A stretch of 58,761 bases of DNA, counting the filler, from Platydemus manokwari (taxonomy: Eukaryota), in assembly GCA_037951405.1 (NCBI GenBank). It is 5 parts of 5 records of this genome, joined end to end, with 100 filler letters (N's around TTAATTAATTAA, not from the genome) between each part and the next. Parts side by side here need not be neighbours in the genome. Positions count along the whole stretch, not along the records: positions 1 to 10,702 come from JBBMOY011111998.1; positions 10,803 to 21,075 come from JBBMOY011150993.1; 3 more parts are not named here. One strand, given 5' to 3'. The translations under genes were made by a program, and so were the position numbers. Under the pieces are notes generated by a model, which saw nothing but the letters and a program-made list of their open reading frames with translations, did not search any database and was not told where the DNA came from. Within the stretch, counting starts at the first letter, position 1. Each line of letters starts with the position of its first letter. Shown here piece by piece: positions 1-12,744 of this stretch.

Positions 1-623
1 TATTACTAAGTGAAAGAGGCGATTTAAAATGCATATTTACAAAATGTTTACTGGCACTATTGGCAGGATTATAAAAAATGTCAAAAAATTATATTACAAA
101 TAATACATTTTGGTGAAATTACAGATACTAAAATTTCTGTAATATATATCATATTCATACTTTTCATCTGATTATTTTTGTGAGAATTTCTCCATGACAC
201 ATTAATATTCAAAATGAAAAAAATCAAAGAGAAGAGCACAAACAATATCGAAGATATAAAGTTCTAGATCTCATTTTTACTGATATTAATAGGATATTAA
301 TAATTGAGATATGCAGTGAGATTATATTGAATAAAACTGAGTCAAATCATTTTATTGTTGGCATTACAAATTATCTGTTAATGAATAAAAGTCAATTTTA
401 AAAAGTTTTATATATCACGGCACGCTAATGAAACTATTTATTCAACAATCTTTCTATAAAAAAGAAAAACCTAGATTTCTAGGAAATCATGAGAAGTCTC
501 TGAAGTGATGCTGTTATGTGTATGTAGAAAATTATTTATTTAATGTAGCAATGTGTTTAATTGACATTTTGTTTTAAATCAAATAATTATCATCACCATT
601 TCTGAGAAATTTTTCATACTTAG

Positions 624-3600
624 TGAAATATTAAACCAAGATGAGTTTGTGAATTTACCAATTAACCATCTGGAATCGTTAATAAGCAGCAATAATCTCA
701 GTGCGAAAGAGGAAGAAGTTTTCGATGCTGTGAGAAAATGGATTAAGCATAATTATTCTATTCGACAACAATATGTAAGTAATATTCTATCCAATATTCA
801 CAATTGAGATATCATTAAGATGCAAAGGTTATTTTCCCATGTAAGATTTCCTTTACTTTCGAAAGAATTTCTTGTTAAGCTAACGAAAGACGATGAGTTT
901 ATTAAAACCAATGAAGCTTGTAAAGATTTCTTGATTTACGGTTTACGTTTTCATTTATTATCGAGTGAAGAGCGAATACGAAATGAGTCTTTACAAACTA
1001 CACCTCGAATCCCAGCTATAAATCCTAAAGTAATTGTTATTTTCAATTATAATGTACATTTTATATAATGATTATTATCAATATCAACATAGCGGGAGCT
1101 TGAAAATTATGGTTAAACATGAATAGAATTTGTTATTTTGTGGAAAATAAAAATTATGTTCTAGATTTTGATGGTGATTGGAGGCCAAGCTCCTAAAGCG
1201 GTTCGATCTGTTGAGGAATATGATTTTAAAACTGAACAGTGGCGTCAGGTGACTGAATTACCTGGAAGGCGTTGTCGATGTGGGGCAGTTCTTAACAAAG
1301 GATTGGTTTATGTCATTGGCGGATTTAATGGGTCCTTAAGAGTTCGAACTGTTGAAACATATGATCCTATAAAGGATAGATGGGCATCTGTGTCACAAAT
1401 GGACGCACGAAGATCCACACTAGGCGTTGCAGTTTTGGACGGATTAATTTATGCTGTTGGTGGATTCGATGGCGCTCAAGGTTTATTAGATTTTTCGCTT
1501 TTTCATATTTCTTATTTATCTTATTAAACTGAATTGATAATTGTGTATTGTATATTCTTATTTTTATTCGCTTTGATAATTCTATTGAAGCAAAAATTGA
1601 AGCTATTCACTATTTTACTCACTATTCTACATAGCTGTTATCATTTGAAATTATGTAAATCTAAATATATTTTGTATTTATCAAAACAAGTTTTTATGAA
1701 ACAATGTAACAAAATTAACGAATAAAATGAAAAAATGATATTCAATGGAATTTCATTAATACGAAATAATTTCGTTTTGATTATTTTATTTATCAAATCC
1801 AATACCGTAAATGTAACAAGAAGAGGAACAGCATAGATGTTTAAATTGAATGTGTGAATGTGTGGGATTTCATGTTTAATCGTGAAATATGATCTTTGAC
1901 TGATGGAATTTAAGATGAAATTTTATCTAAAAGTTCTGTCAGCAAATAATTTATGCAACAAAATCAAATGACAATTTAAGATTTTCGCAATTAACTTTAT
2001 AGAAGATTAACACCAATTATTTTTATATTTGCATTTACTAACATTTATATTTTGTTTACCACAATTAGATGATCGAGTGATAATTAAATTTGATGGAAAA
2101 TTAATTGTATTTTTTAAGTTTAAATACGATTTGATTAGCTGGAATTAATTTAAATAACTTTTAAAATCAAATTCTTAATTTATTTGAACATCTTCACAAT
2201 GTTATAGAATCGTGAAAGAAAGATATCATAATCGATAATTTCATGATATCTGATCTAAACAAGCTATAGAAATTTTTCATCTTAAACTCACTCTGATATC
2301 TATTCAAGTTTGGTCTGATTTTATTTTCTAAAAATTGATTTTTAGTTGGTCATAAAAAGTTTCTTTGAAACTCTAATACAAATTCTTTATTGTAAAGCAC
2401 CGATGCCTGTTTATTTAAATTTTTGCTTTAAAGAAGTCTTTTTATCTTTTATTGAAGTTTCAGGTCGGATAAAACTTTAGATTTATTAATTAAAAACATA
2501 ATTAGAAAATTCAGTTTATGTTTCTATATATATAAATTACTAAAAATCTAATTAATTATATATTTGGTATTATTATTTTAGAATCGCTAATAATCGTAGA
2601 TATTATTAATACTAGTTAATTCTTAATAGTACAAAAGAATGTTAAGCAAAAATAGTTAGTTTGCTAGTTTTATTAGACAAAGAAAGCATCCGGAGTTTCA
2701 TTTTGTAAACATAAACGAATGAAAGATGAATTAAGATTTAAGAGCTTTTTAATTAGTTTAATTGGAAAACTCAACCAGTTAGCAAATTTAGGTAAAAAAG
2801 TAGGCAGTGTTTTGAAAATGTGCTTGAAATATGTCTAAATGGCATCATATTTTAATTCTCACCAAAAGTATAATTAAAATTAATCAATTGTTGCAATGAT
2901 TCACTATCGACATCATTTATAATTACAAATTGAGCTTTTGATTCACACATATTCCCACTAAACATCGCGTGAAAACAAGGTGATCACCTTGCCGATATGA
3001 CTTTGATTACTTATTTAAAAATATCAAGCTTGAAAAAACACAAAAAATTTAAATAGTAAATAATCACATGTTCCTTTAAAAGATTTTATTTTATACAAAA
3101 ATAAGATAAATAATGAAATTTATCCAGAAAATTAATTGGGAAAGGTTTTATTTTATCTACTAAATTTTCTTAAATGATTTACTAATAATTTATAAAAATA
3201 TATTACTTGGTACTTTATAGGTAAATTTCATAAATGATCAAAAAATTTAATACAACTCTACAATATATCGATTTTTAAACATCATTAGTAAAAATCAAAC
3301 TTTATAACTAAATTCTTAAGTGGGAAAATTAAAATAAATTATTTACGATTATAAATTATTAAATGCTATTAACAACGTTCATTATATATTCCTTTTTTAT
3401 AATATTATACGATGAAGTAAATAATGAGCTAATTCTAATGAATGTTTTCAAAATCTACTCACAATACCAAAGAGAATCCCTTACTGAATAATAATTTTTA
3501 GTTTCATATATATATATAAGTCTCCGTCTTTAAAACTAAAATAGAACTAACAAAACACAATATAATTTATACTCATTCATATTAATTATTATTCATTGAT

Positions 3601-4730
3601 TAATGTACTTTATTTCTTATTTCTTATTAATCAGTTGCATTATTACAATATCGCGGAAGCAGCTGGTATATTAAATTTTCGCTTGCGGATAGTGTTTATA
3701 GTTATAGCCATGCAATAGTGTACCAGAGTAGTGTCAAAGCTTGTCAAGAGTTTCAACATTTCATCCAGCTAGGACAAAAGTGCAATGTTGGAAACAAAGT
3801 ATGAAGAACCTGGAAACTTATTCATTTGGTTGCAATCAGGGAAGACCGTCTGATGAAATCATGAAGGAAAAGGTGGTAAATTTTGTAAAAGAGAATGTAC
3901 AAATCAAAGAAATTACTTATTATTTACTTATTATTTGTTCTTAATATTATTGTGTTTTGTTGTGCATTAAAGTAACTCAATACATTTAGTTTGTTCTTAC
4001 TGTTTCGAAACAGAGACTCATGAATCGTATAATATATATGAGACTATAAATTACTCGGTGATTTGCATTTAAAATTTTTCATAAAAATACGTTGATAAGG
4101 CTATAACTAAATTAAATATTAGAGAAATATTGCCCATAACTATATTTCACTGGTTTGTTTTAAAGTTGATTATGTTTAGGATTGTCAACGGCAGAAGTTT
4201 ATGATCCTGTAGTTGATGTATGGAGAAACATTGCCAGTATGTCTCTAAGAAGGTCTTCTGTTGGATTAGCCGTATTAAATGGCCATCTTTATGTTGTCGG
4301 TGGTTATGATGGTTTAGATCGCGAATGCCTATCAAGCGTTGAATGTTATTCACCGAAAAAAGATGTTTGGACTACGGTAGCGAGCATGAGTTGTAAAAGA
4401 AGTGGAGCAGCCGTTGGTGCGTTAGATGGTTATTTGTATGCCATTGGTGGTCACGATGGTCCAAATATACGAAATACTGTGGAAAGATATTCTCCTGAAA
4501 CTGATAAATGGACTTTAGTCGCTAAAATGAATTATAATCGACGTAATGCGGGTGTAGTAGCTCATAACGGTATGTTATATGTTGTTGGAGGAGATGATGG
4601 AACTTCAAATCTGAGTTCCGTCGAATATTACAATCCTATCAGAAATAATTGGACTTTATTAAATTCTAATATGATGATTGGTCGAAGTTATGCCGCAGTG
4701 GTGTTAATTCCAACAGACAGAAGAAATTGA
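624..4730 (+). CDS. Kelch-like BTB-BACK-Kelch protein (KLHL2/KLHL3/kelch type), 5'-partial
   Basis: Exons 624-774, 820-1029, 1165-1480 and 4180-4730 join in frame through GT-AG introns of 45, 135 and 2699 bp. They encode BACK-domain sequence (EEEVFDAVRKWIKH...LFSHVRFPLL), then IGGQAPKA and kelch repeats (GGFNGSLRVRTVE, RRSTLGVAVL, GGFDG, RRSSVG, GGHDG, GGDDGTSNLSSVEYYNP). The BTB exons lie upstream of the window. Confidence 0.93.
3516..4030 (+). mobile_element. Internally deleted Tc1/mariner-type DNA transposon, copy 1 (in kelch intron)
   Basis: Homologous to 54045-54605 and 57888-58365. It has degenerate terminal inverted repeats (ATAAGTCTCCGTCT / AAACAGAGACTCATGAATCG) and a frameshifted N-terminal HTH remnant (...QGRPSDEIMKEKVVN). 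Confidence 0.8.
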
Positions 4731-6276
4731 TTTTGAAGTGTAATTAAATACAAAAATTTATTTTCTCAAATTGCATATATAACAATTGATATTATCGCTG
4801 TATGTTATTCCATTAGTGTAGTGTGTTTATCAAATTTTCAATAATTTTAAAATTACTCAGTTTTGCTTGATTTCAATTGACTTATGTAGTAGACGTTACA
4901 TATCATATTAAGTTATTTATATTGTTGTATTTATATTGTTATTGAAATAATTTCCGTTTTAGAATTTATTTTTAGTTAATTTCTTTCATTGAAAATTTGT
5001 GTTATGTAATATTGATGACAGTTAATTGGATGAAAAAGTATTTCAATTGTAATTTATAAGGATTATGTATATATGTAATAAATTTTTCCTGTTTGATTTT
5101 TGTCATCAAATTTGCCGATTTTTCATATTTTGTGAATGTTATTAACGTCTGACAATTTTCCTTGAACTTTTTTTAGAAATCCATACTGAGTGTCTAGAAT
5201 ATTTTGGAATTATAGTCAGTCCATGACTATAAAAAATTATATTTAAACAGTTTTCCTTTAACAAACTATTTTCTACATTAATTTAAAGTAAGTTTTACTG
5301 TCATCATGTTTCTGAGTTTGTACTTTGGGAATTAATGGTTGATTATAATCTCGAATAAAATAAATTTAATTTAAATTAATTATTGAAATCTAATAAACAA
5401 TTGCGCATATACTGTGATAATATGACTTGGAATTTTCAATTTAAAATTCGTGGGATTATCGATTCGTAAAAATACGTTTTTAGGATAATAGAACTGCTTA
5501 TGGTATAAGTATCAAATTTCATGTCAATATCTTAATAGATTAAGTCACACTCGTCATTATCAAAACAAAGTATTTCAATTTTTACCGAGCATAGACATTC
5601 CAATGAATTTTGTTTATTTAACGAATTTTTTGCCTCAGAACCTCTGAAGATGTTGGTGTCGAAATCAAGAACATACGAGTGGTATAAATTGAAATTTACA
5701 TATATTAACTTTTTAATCCAAGTATGTTTTCTTGATAAAAATACATCTGGGTTTAACTCGAGTTGGAAAGATTTGATAGTTCAATTATCGTCACCTAAAA
5801 TTATAGATGTTTCTTATTATCGTCACTGTAGGGTGTTTGCACCTTTGACTACATCAACAGCTACTCTATCGATAGTGAAGTTTTGGAGTTATTTCTATTC
5901 GAAAAGATAGCTATTTTAATCTACATTATCATCGCTTACCATTGTTCTTTAGACACCTGTTAGATTTTAGATTTTGGTTCCAAATCAACTGATACCTCAC
6001 AATCAAACATTATCACCTCTAATTATGAGTTATCATTAGATTTTCAAATCGTCAGGTAGTGTTATCCAATAGTGGAAATAAATCTGAATGCATTTTAACA
6101 TTAAAAGAATCACCGGCACTGTAATTCAATTAACGAGAATTAAATTATATTGCGATTTCAGTGGAAAAAATCCTAGGACCAGTCTTTAATGAGATTTAAA
6201 ATTTTTTAAAATTAAATTTCAAAAAGTAATTTTTGTATTTTATAAAAATATCAAAAAATATCCTAATTCAAAGTTA

Positions 6277-9200
6277 TTAAAAAGGATTAATCGTTATAAA
6301 AACACCGCGCAACATCCATTTTGAGGAGAGAACACCATCTTTCGAAATTGAAACATTTAGAAATGGTTCTTGCCTTGATGAACTGTCTATGAATATAGGA
6401 CAATTGTATTGATCAGGATTTTCAGGTTTTTCCTAAAAAGAAAATTTATATACTGAAAATAATATGGTCTTTTAATTTAAAATAATAAAATGAAAACATA
6501 AGTAATTTTCGTTGACTCCAACTTCATTAAACTCTTCTTTTAATATGATATGTAGGCAAAAAGTTTTTCTTAATTTTTGATCTTTTAATTTTTCACATGT
6601 ATTCATGATGAGAATTTCGATTATAATTACTAGCAGAGGTATTCTCTTAACATTACACACATTATGAATATCTTGTGTCTTATTTTAACAAAAATATGTT
6701 TTTTTGTTCAATTTTGGGTAACAATGTTAGGTGTTAAAAACTTAACTACTTTGATGTTGCTGGCAGTTATATTACAATAATACAATAAGTAGACCGCAAA
6801 ACTGAAATACCAAAAATTGGACTCATTGAGAATAAGAAACGTTGGTCATTGCCATTGTTTTGTTTTGGTTACGTCCTTGGATGTAAAGACCTATCTGAAT
6901 TGATGAGCAGAAATCATATAAACGTGTATATGTTCTTTAGAAATCAGAAACTATTAAATATCTTCAATAGTGTATTAAAGTTTTTACTAATCCGAGGTTT
7001 TTAGTGAAAATCACAACGTTATTAGTCTCTAGTTTAAACCAGTATTGTAAATAATTCTAATAAAAAATTAACTGTTTAAATCTTAAGATTTTCCATCTTC
7101 AAGTTACTCGTTAAGATCAAACAAATAACTTATGATAGCAATTAAATTTCACTGTACTTGTAATTTCATAAATTTGGTCACTGTTAGTCGACATGTTTAT
7201 AATAATATCAATTATTATTAATTATTTATCATTATTTCCTTTTTAGAGTTGCTTTAGTTTCAGAGTAGATCAGGGATGTCCAATTTATTGTAATTGTTGG
7301 ATTAAATTCGAAACAATATTTATCCTGAGTTGCATATATAATACTTAAATTTCCATAATTGGTGTTACACCACAAAACTAGTAAATGATATAAATGTGTC
7401 ATCCACAAATTATGTTGAAATCCATTAGGCTTAAAGTCTTTTGACAATTTAAGGTTCAGAATTTTTTTTAAATAATCAAGTATACTAAGATGTTTAAATT
7501 ACAGGTAATATTTTTTTAAAATGTTTCGATTTAAACAACCATTACAATTTTGAAGAGCTTAAAAATCTTTTTTGCAAAACTTGAAGATACATTTCATAAT
7601 TCTTGCAACCCATATCCGGACGAATATCATTACTTAAGTCTCAACTTGTATTTTAATTTAACTCACTCACGGAGAATTAATTTTGCTCCCATCGTCCTCT
7701 CAATTTATTTATTTCGACACTAAATCATATCTTGTCTGAAATCTTAAAACTCAGCAACAGAAATGTGCTTGCTTACCGGGGTTATCTTCGCTAATAGATT
7801 TTGAAACGACGTCATTTATTTTTTTTTAAAATAGGTTTGATACTCAATTTGCTGACATCAGTTGCTGTAATATATACTTCACTGATTGTACCTGTTATTT
7901 AGCATCTAGCTTGATATTTAACACTTTCAATTTTTAATTGTCCAATAACTTCTGCATCAATTATAATTGATCTGGTTTTCTGTTAAGAATTTTATTATAA
8001 CCATAACACTGTATCGTGAACCGACTCTCGAGGTAATTCTAATGTATTTCCCTTTTTATTTGAAATATACAAAATATAATGCTAAAAGCACGTATTTTGA
8101 AATTTACGGGGAAACCTGATAATAAAGAAAATTAATAACATAATTCAACAAATACCATCATATATATATTGATATATATTGATATACAAATATACATGGA
8201 TTGACACTGCAACAATAACCTTGTAATAGAAACATTTTGTATATTCGTTTACCGACTTCTGGTTGCAATAAATAAATATAATAGAATAAGTTCACAAATT
8301 AATATTTAGATTTCGGTTATATTTTAATAATAGGTTTGAAAATATTAAATTTATAATATATTAAATATTCTCAATAAATTGACAAACCTGTTCATTTACT
8401 ATGAAAGTAATATGGGCTACAGGAAGAGGTGTAGTTACTCCTTTAGTAGACGTATCTGATAACTCACCAGACGATTTATCAAATCCACAACCCCATAAAT
8501 GTAACCCATATACATAAATGCCATCCGAAGGTGGATCTCTAATATGATCTTTGTCTCTGGTATAAAATATGAAAATATTTTTCATAAAATGTAGAATAGT
8601 ACTTGTTAATAAATTCTACTAAGCATTTTACCTCTCTGAAATTTCCAGATCGGTCAGTTTTCATGAACTGAGCTAACATTTCTTCTTTAAATATGGATAA
8701 TAAGGTTTCTGGTTTTTGAAATGAACCCAACCAGTAGCAAGTGATCTTATCTTTATTTGTTAGAATCAGCCGCTCAATATGCTGAAATTTACTATTCAAA
8801 GAACCAAGCCACTCAATGGTAGAATAGCCTCTATAACCGTTAGAGTTCAGCAATTTATTTTGCCAATTTGCGGGAATTTTGTTATTCAACAGTGAATTAA
8901 TAGTACAAACATCATCATTTGTTATATTGTCGACTAAATCATTCATAATTAGTCTTCGTATTTTCTACAAAAGATTAATTTTTAATTATTTATATTAAAA
9001 TATTGTGCAACCAATATGTTTAAAGAGTAGCTAATAGAAAATGAATAACCTGAATAAAGTTCGATACTTCTCCAAATATTGTATAATAAGAAACCAGTTC
9101 TTGCATCATTACACTTGTGTATATAAAGTTATTGTTGATTTTTCTCAGTCGATCAGTGATAGATTCGAGAGTCGATTTTGGAAGTTTATTTGATAAATTC

Positions 9201-9386
9201 TTAATAATTTCAAACAGGTCGTTTTCCACTTTTGTCAGATCTTGGTAAATAAATAATAAATTTGTAACAATAATTTCATAATAAGTGCATACCAAGAGAA
9301 GCAGGCAGTATTACTGATTTGATATTAATGACTTGATTTACATTCTCTATTTTTTCAATAAGTCTTTTCTCAGAATTAGATTTTGT
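6277..9386 (-). CDS. Divergent axonemal-type dynein heavy chain, C-terminal domain exons (5'-partial)
   Basis: Minus-strand exons 9386-9293, 9240-9050, 8964-8603, 8556-8388, a possible microexon 8258-8253, and 6432-6277 splice in frame. Motifs NKIPANW, YWLGSFQKPETLL, DPPSDGIYVYGLHLWG and terminal YNCPIF...KWMLRGVF* match the dynein heavy-chain C-terminus. Confidence 0.85.
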
Positions 9387-10702
9387 CTATAAATATTAGG
9401 AATATTAATGAATGGTTTGAAAACAATGTAAAAAATGAGATTTTAATTCACAGCATTTATAAATTTACTTACACTAATAAAACTGAAAAAGGTAAAAAAC
9501 CAAATTGAGGTTTGATAACAAACAAAAGATGAATTACAAGTCCTTTATAAGCTGTGAGAATTTTTAATTCAATTAAATTTTTAAAAGATTTTATTTTATG
9601 TAAAATTAAATTAATTTGTTTATTTAATTGCATTTAAATACATAATTTGATGTCGCGTCTTTTCAGTTCGTTTTCGATGTGTGTTTTATAAAACAGTAGA
9701 GGCTTACACAAGCGAAAACGAACTACTATTTTTTCCGTTATAACCGTCCCATTCATTGTGATAATTTCAAAGTGAATTAAAATTAAAAAGATTTATATTC
9801 AGAATTTATACGGAAACATTAATTAATTTAAATACTTTTATTTTAGATACCTTTAAATATTGTGACTTTTCAATTCGTTTCACATTTTATGTATTCTACA
9901 AAGTAGCAGCAGTTAACGTGCATTAATCATAGTGATTATTATGTCATTTATGATGACTGCTTTTGTTATTGTTATTAATAATATTTTTGACAAAACCAAT
10001 TTTACCAATGAATTTGAAATTAAATGTGATGCTTCAGCAGTTTCGAATATGAAAGGTGATATATTGGCAAATGCTCGTTTAATATCTCCTAATTTGGGAT
10101 TTGATGAATATAAAATTGCCGGGCAGTGGTATTTCACTAAAAAATAAAATTATTAATTAATTTTTAAAATATTGTTTAAAATAATACATTTTGGAAATTC
10201 AAATTCTTTTCTGATAGCATTCGATGTCAGCCAAAAATCAACGATACTGTTAATAGACGAACGATCATGTTCACCAATGATTTTACTACCATAGATTATC
10301 TAAAAATATTTATTATCAGAGTTATATTAAACATCAGTCGTGATTTTAAAAATTTTTAAATAATAAAATGAAAAATATGAAATAAATAGGAAAAAAAATA
10401 TTTAGAATTTTGAGTTATTTTTTGGGATTATATTATAGCTCAAATATATGATTGCGTAGAACTGATCTTGTAATAGAACATGATACTTTCTCATTATGAT
10501 CGTAGGTATATAATTTGACCAAATGTTTTTTAGTGGTCATGTTGGATAATATATATATTACAAAAATAATGATCTTTTATCGTACATGTTGAAGGAAAAA
10601 TATTTGGGTATTTAAGAGATTAAATGGTATTCAACAAATGTCAGAAAAATATTCTAATTATTCTAAATTCATCTTTAAAATACATATTTACTCTTTGATC
10701 AC

Positions 10703-10802
10703 NNNNNNNNNNNNNNNNNNNNNNNNNNNNNNNNNNNNNNNNNNNNTTAATTAATTAANNNNNNNNNNNNNNNNNNNNNNNNNNNNNNNNNNNNNNNNNN
10801 NN
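10703..10802. other. Artificial contig linker N44-TTAATTAATTAA-N44
   Basis: Exactly 100 nt, with a palindromic 12-mer giving stops in all six frames. Identical at four places. Confidence 0.97.
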
Positions 10803-12744
10803 AAAAGAATTTAAAAAGTTTTAAAATGTTTTAAAAATTTTATAAGTAAAATTTTTAAAATAAATATTTATATATATAACCCTGATCAAGGTAAATATTA
10901 AATGATAAATTTGTTTGAATAATGTTTATTTGTTTTATTAAATAAATTTGTGAAAATTCTAATCATGAATTCTTTTGATGCAACACCAGTAACAAAACGA
11001 AGTAGCTGCTACTAACAATGTGTATTTTGTGAGTACTATAAAATGATAAAGATTCTTTAAAAATTAATTTAAAAGATTTTACTTTAGTTTTATAATAAAA
11101 TATATATTAATTTGTTTAAATAATTGTATTGAATATAATTTTATATCGTGAATTATCATATCCTTTTCAAAGTGTATTTTATTAAACAGTTGTGTGTAAC
11201 ACATTTATTTAATATAAATTTAAAAAATCCGATCAAAGTTATTATAATTTAAATTAATAAAATTAATTATTATATTTTTGCTACAAATAAAATATCGATT
11301 ATGTTAAAAATTGCAGTAAAAACGTGATATTTTTTAGGTTATTTAATAAAATGGCTAATATTTTTATATTCACTCATTGAATGAGTTGAGAATTTCATAA
11401 TTTTTATATTAAATCTAACCGAATTTGTTCAGTGAGACGAATTCTTACAAAAGAAAAACGGATTTTCAACTCGGAACCCTTGTTTTAGCACTTTAAGCAT
11501 TCGGATTCCTCCACAACCATACAAGTATATAATCAATCAATCACAGGTGAGTTTAATGGTAAACGATAATTTGGGAAAAGGAGCTTAGTTACACAACAGT
11601 GCATATATAGGGACTGTCCAATCCGTCATAAACAAAAATCAATAAGCCCAATAGAAACATTAGAAAGTACAGATCGAATCAAAATTTGATACAAACATGA
11701 CTCAAAAAATTGTACGCAGATCCCGAGAATAAATACTGATGTAAAGATGGCCAATTGCCAGTTGGAAGCCAAGTTTTGGTTAAGTTTTTTGAAACATTTT
11801 ATTGAGTCGTACTGATTTGTACGTGGGTTAGAAATAACTCTTGCAACCTTCGACGTTTGGAATCAGCAATTATTTGGTAATTCAGAATCAAGATACAATA
11901 ATATTATTTGAGTGTTACATTGATGAAATGGCCTTTTTAAAAATATACATGAACAGATATATATATATTGGATGTTAATAATTAAAATATAAAATTCAAA
12001 TTTTTTTGTAACAATTATTTTTGCATTCATACACACTCGCCTGACAAATTAATAAGTAGTCATAAAATTTTAGAAATAAATTCGCGTTACCACGGCAATG
12101 TAATACATTGCCGTTGAAAATTAGGAAGAGAAATTAACTAACTTACTCAGCAACAGAGAATTCAGATATTTGCATGCTCATTCACCCCATATTAACTTCT
12201 CTAGCGAATTAATTACACACTGATTTTCATGTCGAAGTAGAAGGGCACTTAGTTCCATTCGTCGGTTGTTTAGAAATTTCAGGTCACTACAGCTTCTGCT
12301 TTTAAATTTATTGCATTGTATGTTTATCAATATAAATTTATAATTAAATATAATTATATCAAATATTATTTATTTTTATCATCTATAAACTCTAATTAAT
12401 CTGTTCGCGTTCAGCTGGAATCATCAATTATAGGTTATTGATTATTTGGATAAAATAAAGAGGAAAATCATCAATATCACTTAATAATCCTAATAATTCC
12501 AGCTATTAACCAAATTATTTCTTATTGAGACCTTAAAAATTGTAAAATATTGATTTTACAATAGATAAATTACTTTTCGAAAACAAAGAAAGTTGCGCTT
12601 AAGGAAATCACAGATACAAATCATAAATAGACAAAAAATATTTCATAATAAGTCTACATTTATTCAATTGTAAAACTTAATATGATTTATAAAAGTTTTG
12701 AAAATATAAAATGTCATCTTTCAGGTTTCGTTGAATTAAAATCT

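Noticed and set aside
5638-5680. Hammerhead ribozyme-like core CTGAAGATG...CGAAA
   Set aside because: No stem III/NUH cleavage triplet and no stem I pairing.
9913-10147. Overlapping 71-74 aa ORFs upstream of the dynein exons
   Set aside because: No recognisable dynein or other motif and no convincing splice linkage.
10747-10758. Palindrome TTAATTAATTAA recurring four times as a biological motif
   Set aside because: Always centred in N44 blocks, so it is an assembly or concatenation linker.
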